Source: Chloroflexota bacterium (GTDB lineage: Bacteria; Chloroflexota; Chloroflexia; QHBQ01). Taken from it: 39,394 nt of DNA. Each line of letters opens with the position of its first letter. Within the stretch, counting starts at the first letter, position 1. Positions 33,784-39,394 of the stretch are shown here, piece by piece. Under the pieces are notes generated by a model, which saw only the letters and a list, made by a program, of their open reading frames with translations, was not told the origin of the DNA and did no database searches. The position numbers and the translations under genes were made by a program. The stretch is taken from assembly GCA_043754535.1 (NCBI GenBank), contig JAYUUN010000062.1, positions 1-39,394 on the forward strand, read 5' to 3'.

Positions 33784-33814
33784 TTGACATAAACTCATAT
33801 GTTTGTGCTATAAT
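33784..33814 (+). promoter_or_regulatory. Promoter of the STAND regulator gene
   Basis: TTGACA-19 nt-TATAAT with an extended TGn -10. Confidence 0.6.
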
Positions 33815-33875
33815 CCTGGGTGCTGCATGATAAGTGGGATCAGACCAGGCAAGGTTAGCGAGGAGGCAAACAGAG

Positions 33876-36470
33876 ATGGGTGACCTCAAAACCTTCCGTG
33901 AGCGAGTACAAAGTCTTTACCACAGCGTCCGTCCTTTTGCTCATGACCGTCGCCCCACCGTAGATGATCTGGCTCACGCCATCGGCCTCAGCCGTGCTGA
34001 ACTAAGTAGGCGGCTGAACGGTAGCGGTAAGCTGCCGCTAACTTGTGCTAATGCTCAAGCAATCCTGCGTACCCTCGCAAAGTGGGGTGCGCTACAAACG
34101 CAAGCTCAAGCAGTTGACCTCCTGGTTTTGCTCGGCTGTGCGCCCTTTGCGCCTCAAGAGTGGCAGTCCCCACCACTCGACCAGCTTGCCCGCAGCAGCC
34201 CGGCAAGTCAGGCAAGGTTTGAGCAGGGTGGCAACAATCTACCGCTCCAAACAACCAGCTTCGTTGGCCGCGATGAGGAGCTTGCCACACTTGCCGAATT
34301 GTTGGCAAGCACCCCGCTTTTGAGCATCGTCGGTGCCGGGGGCATGGGCAAGACCAGACTGGCGATTGAACTGGCGGTCAAACTGCTGCCTGCTCACCCT
34401 GATGGCTGTTGGCTGGTCAGTCTTGCGCCGCTAACCGAAGGCTATCGAGTGGCAAGTGCGGTTGCGAATGTACTGGGCCTGCGCGAGGAGGCGGGGCAAC
34501 CAACCAGTGCTGCCCTGGTTGATTACCTGCGCTCCCGCAAGCTGCTGTTGGTGCTGGACAACTGCGAACACCTGCTGGCCGCCTGCGCCGATTTGGTCAA
34601 GCTGCTGCTGGCCGCCTGCTCCCACCTCCGCATTTTGATCACCAGCCGCGAACCGCTCGGCATCACAGACGAAACCGAGTGGCGGCTATCTCCGCTGCTA
34701 CTGCCTGGCGCAAGGCAACTCAGCCCGGTGCAGGCGCAGGATTATGCAGCGGTTGCCCTATTCGTCAACCGGGTACAAGCTGCCCTGCCCCGTTTCAGAC
34801 TGGACGAGCGTAACACGCCCAGCGTGGTACAGCTATGCCAGCAGCTTGAGGGCATCCCCCTGTCTCTTGAACTGACCGCCCCCCTAGTCAAGGTTCTCAG
34901 CCCCGCCCAACTAACCAATCGTCTTGATGGTCGCCTGCGGCTGCTGCGCAGCAGCGATCCGACCACGCCCAGCCGCCAACACACCGTCCGTGCCTCAATG
35001 GAGTGGAGTTATGACCTGCTGGATGAGGCGGAGCGCACCCTCTTGCGTCGCCTGGCGGTCTTTGCTGGCGGCTGGAGCCTGGAAGCTGCGGAAGTAATCT
35101 GCTCTGCTGCGCCGTCCACCAGCCAGCAGCCACAACCTGTAAGCGACGATCTACAAGCAATGGACGTGCTGAGGGGTCACATTCAACTGGTGAACAAGTC
35201 GTTGGTGCAGGCGGGCGAGCAGGCTGGCGTAGTCCGCTACACCATGCTGGAGGTGGTGCGGCAATTTGCTACCGACCTGCTGGCGAAAAGTGGCGAGGAG
35301 GTGTCACTGCGCCAGCGGCACGCCCACCTGTACCTGGCCCTGGCCGAACAAGCAGAGCCGGAATTGCGTACTGGGGAGCAGGCATTGTGGCTGGCCCGGT
35401 TGGATGCGGAACACAACAACTTGACCGCCGCACTGGGCTGGTTGCTGCAACACGAGCCGGAGGCGGCCCTGCGCCTGGCCGGTACGCAGTGGTTGTTCTG
35501 GTTGATGCGTAGCTACATCAGCGAAGGGCACCGTTGGTTGGTGGCGGCACTGGCTCAAAGTGAAGCCGCCAGTCTGGCTACGCGGGCCAAAGTCACTCAT
35601 GGTATGGCGGTGATGACCTATGAACAGGGCGACACCACCCTGGCGCGTACTCTGCTCGAAACAAACCTGGCCGTGAGCCAGCAGTTGAAGGACGACAGTG
35701 GGGTTGCGGCAACCCTGTTCAACCTGGGAATAATTATCTTTGAGCAAGGGGATTACCAGACTGCCGGGGTACATTTTGAACAAGCCCTCAGCATCAGGCA
35801 GCGGTTGGACGATAGATGGGGCATAGCCGCTTGTCTTAGCCGACTAAGTGCGGTGTTCTATGCTCAGGGTGATCAGGTGGCAGCGAGTGCATACCTTGAG
35901 CGGGGCATGGTCATTGTCCGTGAACTGGGTGAGCAGTCGCTACTGGCTGAATTGCTGATGTTCAAGGGAGAGCGGGCGCGGCACAAGGGCGACTACTCGA
36001 CGGCGGAGGCCGCGCTGCGAGAATGTCTGACCATCAGCCAGACCCTGGGCAACAAGGTGTGGACAGCAGCCGCCCTCGTTACGCTGGGCCGGGTTGCCAG
36101 GGACAGGGGAGACTACCCCGCCGCCCACGACCTGTTCAGCCAGTCTATTCGTACCAAGCAGGCGGCGGAAGAGACGCTGTGGGTGGCACCCCACCTGGAG
36201 GCTTTCGCCTCGCTCGCTGCCGCCCAGAACCAGGCTCAAGCGGCTGTACAGTTGTTGGCTGCCGCCACCGCTTTGCGCCAGGCGGTAGGCAGTACAATGA
36301 AGCCCTTCGAGCGTGAGCAGTACGAACGCACCACAACAGCGGCACGAGCGCAACTCAGCGAGGCGGAGTTCGAGATCGCCTGGGCCGTAGGCAGTAGGAT
36401 GAGTGCAGACCAGGCCATTACTTACGCCCTCAACTTGCGTGTTCCCAGCGACACGATAGTGTCACCTTGA
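33876..36470 (+). CDS. XRE-like HTH + STAND (NB-ARC-like, COG3903) ATPase + TPR regulator
   Basis: N-terminal DDLAHAIGLSRAELSRRLNG, TSFVGR, Walker A GAGGMGKT, LLVLDNCEH, LEGIPL, WSYDLL and C-terminal TPRs. AGGAGG RBS before ATG 33876. Confidence 0.9.
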   Translation: MGDLKTFRERVQSLYHSVRPFAHDRRPTVDDLAHAIGLSRAELSRRLNGSGKLPLTCANAQAILRTLAKWGALQTQAQAVDLLVLLGCAPFAPQEWQSPPLDQLARSSPASQARFEQGGNNLPLQTTSFVGRDEELATLAELLASTPLLSIVGAGGMGKTRLAIELAVKLLPAHPDGCWLVSLAPLTEGYRVASAVANVLGLREEAGQPTSAALVDYLRSRKLLLVLDNCEHLLAACADLVKLLLAACSHLRILITSREPLGITDETEWRLSPLLLPGARQLSPVQAQDYAAVALFVNRVQAALPRFRLDERNTPSVVQLCQQLEGIPLSLELTAPLVKVLSPAQLTNRLDGRLRLLRSSDPTTPSRQHTVRASMEWSYDLLDEAERTLLRRLAVFAGGWSLEAAEVICSAAPSTSQQPQPVSDDLQAMDVLRGHIQLVNKSLVQAGEQAGVVRYTMLEVVRQFATDLLAKSGEEVSLRQRHAHLYLALAEQAEPELRTGEQALWLARLDAEHNNLTAALGWLLQHEPEAALRLAGTQWLFWLMRSYISEGHRWLVAALAQSEAASLATRAKVTHGMAVMTYEQGDTTLARTLLETNLAVSQQLKDDSGVAATLFNLGIIIFEQGDYQTAGVHFEQALSIRQRLDDRWGIAACLSRLSAVFYAQGDQVAASAYLERGMVIVRELGEQSLLAELLMFKGERARHKGDYSTAEAALRECLTISQTLGNKVWTAAALVTLGRVARDRGDYPAAHDLFSQSIRTKQAAEETLWVAPHLEAFASLAAAQNQAQAAVQLLAAATALRQAVGSTMKPFEREQYERTTTAARAQLSEAEFEIAWAVGSRMSADQAITYALNLRVPSDTIVSP

Positions 36471-36530
36471 GGTGAGTCAACAGTCCACCCGGCCAACCCT
36501 CTCCTGAAGGGTGCTTTTTGTTGCCTGGCA

Positions 36531-36604
36531 CACAAAAACGCACAGAACAGCGCACAAAACGGCGTACAAAACCCCTTCCCCTTATTACTGGTTGTCCTTA
36601 TAAT
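36531..36604 (+). promoter_or_regulatory. Four direct repeats (C/T)ACA(A/G)AA upstream of a TATAAT -10
   Basis: Units at 36531, 36541, 36553 and 36565; TATAAT at 36599-36604. Confidence 0.45.
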
Positions 36605-36697
36605 AGATACAGGTAGATACAGGTGCGGCGGCCTGCCGTCCCTAACCAACCAGCCCCACTATAGGGCTGATAGCGTAAGTCTTGAAAGGACACCAAC

Positions 36698-37363
36698 ATG
36701 AGAGCTATAAGACTAACCTACCTGCTGGCAGCCGTGCTGGCAATGATCCTGATTGCAGGCTCAACCAGCTCAACCAGCGCGACCCCGCTCAAGCAGGCGA
36801 CCGACCCTGCATCGGTGGTAACGGCCTTCGAGGGGATGATCGGCAACGCCCAGGACATCGACGCTGCGTTGGCCCTGTACGCCGACAATGCGGTGGAAAA
36901 GATCATTCCGGCTCCGCAAGGCACCTCCGGCACTTACACAGGGAAGACGGAGATACGGCAGGGGTTGGAGTACGCTGTGACCCACAAGGTGCAACATACT
37001 CTCAACGGCACTCCGCAGGTGAATGGGAACACGGTTACGCTGTCGGCAATGGTGACGAACGATGTCTTCCAACGCTTGGGGGTCGCCCCCGTAGAGTTCC
37101 AGATCGTTGCTGTGGTTGCGGATGGGAAGATGACCTCCTACACCGCGACCATTCTGCCTGCCGAGGGACGCAGGGTTGCTGCTGCTGCCGCTGCCGCTCA
37201 AGGCGCACAGAGCAGTGGCGCGGGCCAGCCGGTGCTGCCGCGCACCGGCGGTGCGCCTGACAAGCCTGGCAGCTGGTGGCTGATCGCTGGCGCATCCACC
37301 CTCGCACTTGGGCTGCTGCTCTCGCAGCGGCGGCGGCAAAGTAGGCGCACTACCAGCCGCTAA
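36698..37363 (+). CDS. Secreted NTF2/SnoaL-like domain protein with LPXTG sorting signal
   Basis: Signal peptide, DIDAALALYADNAV..YTGKTEIR (SnoaL-like), then LPRTG, a TM segment and an RRRQSRR tail. Confidence 0.85.
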   Translation: MRAIRLTYLLAAVLAMILIAGSTSSTSATPLKQATDPASVVTAFEGMIGNAQDIDAALALYADNAVEKIIPAPQGTSGTYTGKTEIRQGLEYAVTHKVQHTLNGTPQVNGNTVTLSAMVTNDVFQRLGVAPVEFQIVAVVADGKMTSYTATILPAEGRRVAAAAAAAQGAQSSGAGQPVLPRTGGAPDKPGSWWLIAGASTLALGLLLSQRRRQSRRTTSR

Positions 37364-37385
37364 CCACTAACCACTAACCACTAAC
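37361..37385 (+). repeat. Heptamer tandem repeat (TAACCAC) x 3.5
   Basis: TAACCACTAACCACTAACCACTAAC overlapping the stop codon. Confidence 0.8.
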
Positions 37386-37667
37386 GCAAAGACCGGCGTG
37401 CCAGCGGATGCTGGTGCGCCTGTTTGCGGAACAGCACTGTGTTGTACTACAAGCAGCGGTGGCAGGCAGCCGATGACGCGGCTGCCAACTGCGAGTCTGT
37501 TGCCGCGCAGTTGAAGGGAATCTGGCGTGGAGGTACTACTATTGGTAGAGCTACGCCAGCAGGGGCGGCTGCTGAACCTTGCCCCCACGGCTTATGCGGG
37601 CCATTAGATTAACCCCTGGCCCGCCCCTCTTGCTACGGTGCTGTTTAGATCAGGAAAGGATACTACG

Positions 37668-39394
37668 ATACAGACGAACAAGCGAACGCGGCTTTGGTCG
37701 CAAGTTGGGTTGGCGATCATGCTGCTCACCAGCCTGCTGGGGGCGACCCTCAGCAGCAGCAACCTATCGGTCATGGCCCAGGCAGATCGGCAAGCGAACA
37801 AGCTAGTGGCAGCCAGGTCCAGCAATCACCCCGCCGTTTACCAGCCCGTCGCTCCCGCCCTCTGCGGCCCGCTCGGCTTCAGCAACACCAGCTATCAGGT
37901 AGGTAACTACCCTCACGACGTCGTGGTCGGCGAGTTCAACAACGATGCTCCCCTCGACCTGGTGACTCTGAACGCTGGCACCAGCGGCAGTGTATCGGTC
38001 CTACGCGGGGTTGGCAACGGCACATTCCTGAACTCAGTGTCCTACACTGCCGGTAGCTACCCCCAGTCGTTGGCCGTTGGTGACTTCGATGGCGACCGCT
38101 ACGACGACTTGATGATCGCCAATGCCGTTGTGAATCAGGTGTCAGAGTTGCAGAACCTGGGGGATGGCACTTTCGCGGCCCCCTATGGCTACAATGTGGG
38201 CAATAGCCCCGCTGGGGTGGCAACTGGCGACTTCAACGGTGATGTTTACCTCGATGTGGTGAGTGCGAACTATAACTCAAACAACCTGTCAGTGTTAATC
38301 AACAGTGACATGGGTTTCTCGGCGGCGGTCAACTACAACACGGGTGTGCAACCAGCAGCAGTCACGGTTGGCGACTTCAACCACGACGGCAAAGCCGACC
38401 TCGCCGCCGTGAACACTGGCTCGAACAATGTATCGGTGCTGCTCGGTAATGGCAACGGCACCTTCCAGAACCCGGTCAACTTCGGCGCAGGCACTTACCC
38501 TCGCTCCCTGGTGGTTGGTGACTTCAACCATGATGGCAACCGCGACCTTGCTGCCGCCAACCAATCCTCAAACAACGTGTCGGTGCTGCTTGGTAATGGC
38601 GATGGCCTCTTTCAGGCAGCGGTCAATTTTGGGGTGGGCACCTATCCCAACCAGGTGGCGGTTGGCGACCTCAACAGCGACGGCAATCTTGACCTGGTGA
38701 CGGCGAACGAAGACTCGCACAACCTGTCGGTGCTGCGCGGCAACGGTGACGGTACTTTCCAGCCCGCACTCAACTTCAGCGGCGATAACCCTGTTTCGGT
38801 CGCGGTTGGCGACTTTAATGGCGACGGCAAGCTAGACCTTGCCAGCACTAACTATAACTCGCATAGCGTGTCGGTGCTGCTGAACACCTGCGTGTCAGTA
38901 CCTAACACGCCCACGCCACCTGTGACCAACACGCCGACCCGCACCCGCACGCCAACCAACGCGCCTGCATCCCCGACCAACACTGCCGCACCCAGCCAGA
39001 CCCCTGGCGGTGCGACCGCCACCCCCAACTGCACGACCTCATTCACCGACGTTGGTACGAGCAACATCTTCTATGCCGACATCCTGTTCCTCGCCTGCCG
39101 GGGCGTGATCAGCGGCTTCCCCAATGGCGACGGTACGTTCCGGTTTGAGCCGAACAGCAACACGACACGGGGGCAGTTCGCCAAGATCGCCACGCTCGGC
39201 TTCGCCCTACCTGCGTTTACCCCAGCCACGCCCACCTTCAGCGATGTGCCATCAAACAACGTCTTCTACCAGTTCGTGGAAGCAGCCGCCCACGCGGGCG
39301 CAATCACCGGCTTCAGCGACAGCACCTTCCGCCCCAACCAGAACGTGACGCGGGCGCAGGTGGCGATTATTACCCTGCGGGCTAGAGGCTATAC
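37668..39394 (+). CDS. Secreted FG-GAP/VCBS seven-bladed beta-propeller protein with Pro/Thr linker and SLH domains (3' end outside window; missing from the ORF track)
   Basis: Open frame with seven GDFNxDGxxDL-type repeats, a Pro/Thr linker, and CTTSFTDV..FYADILFLACRG SLH repeats. The apparent start is ATA 37668, with in-frame alternatives TTG 37710 and ATG 37719. Confidence 0.9.
   Translation, partial: MQTNKRTRLWSQVGLAIMLLTSLLGATLSSSNLSVMAQADRQANKLVAARSSNHPAVYQPVAPALCGPLGFSNTSYQVGNYPHDVVVGEFNNDAPLDLVTLNAGTSGSVSVLRGVGNGTFLNSVSYTAGSYPQSLAVGDFDGDRYDDLMIANAVVNQVSELQNLGDGTFAAPYGYNVGNSPAGVATGDFNGDVYLDVVSANYNSNNLSVLINSDMGFSAAVNYNTGVQPAAVTVGDFNHDGKADLAAVNTGSNNVSVLLGNGNGTFQNPVNFGAGTYPRSLVVGDFNHDGNRDLAAANQSSNNVSVLLGNGDGLFQAAVNFGVGTYPNQVAVGDLNSDGNLDLVTANEDSHNLSVLRGNGDGTFQPALNFSGDNPVSVAVGDFNGDGKLDLASTNYNSHSVSVLLNTCVSVPNTPTPPVTNTPTRTRTPTNAPASPTNTAAPSQTPGGATATPNCTTSFTDVGTSNIFYADILFLACRGVISGFPNGDGTFRFEPNSNTTRGQFAKIATLGFALPAFTPATPTFSDVPSNNVFYQFVEAAAHAGAITGFSDSTFRPNQNVTRAQVAIITLRARGY

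Overview
GC-rich bacterial chromosomal window, most likely Chloroflexota. That assignment is inferred from the Cys-containing SLH surface modules together with a sortase and an LPXTG substrate. The left half (1-20.9 kb) holds housekeeping and accessory genes: an SLH protein, two Gfo/Idh/MocA oxidoreductases, a sortase, an S41 peptidase, a 7Fe ferredoxin, a small HTH protein with a structured leader, tRNA-Pro(TGG) followed by integrase and IS3 scars, mnmG, a tandem pair of unknown helical paralogues (one disrupted), an ABC transporter, a beta-propeller/SLH protein, a DoxX-Rieske fusion, a VIT1/CCC1 transporter, a Cys-repeat secreted protein and an SRPBCC protein. The centre (20.9-33.7 kb) is a complete type I-D CRISPR-Cas locus in two divergent operons: WYL-cas3'-cas10d (with internal cas11d)-cas7-cas5-cas6 on the minus strand, and cas4-cas1-cas2 plus a 13-repeat/12-spacer array on the plus strand. 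The most notable signal is a second, hidden one-spacer mini-array right after cas6. It has a strongly divergent 37-nt repeat and its own promoter-bearing leader, which is homologous to the main leader but 22 nt shorter. The right end has an IS701 scar, an HTH-STAND ATPase-TPR regulator, an LPXTG-anchored NTF2-like protein, and an FG-GAP/SLH protein with an apparent ATA start that runs off the window.
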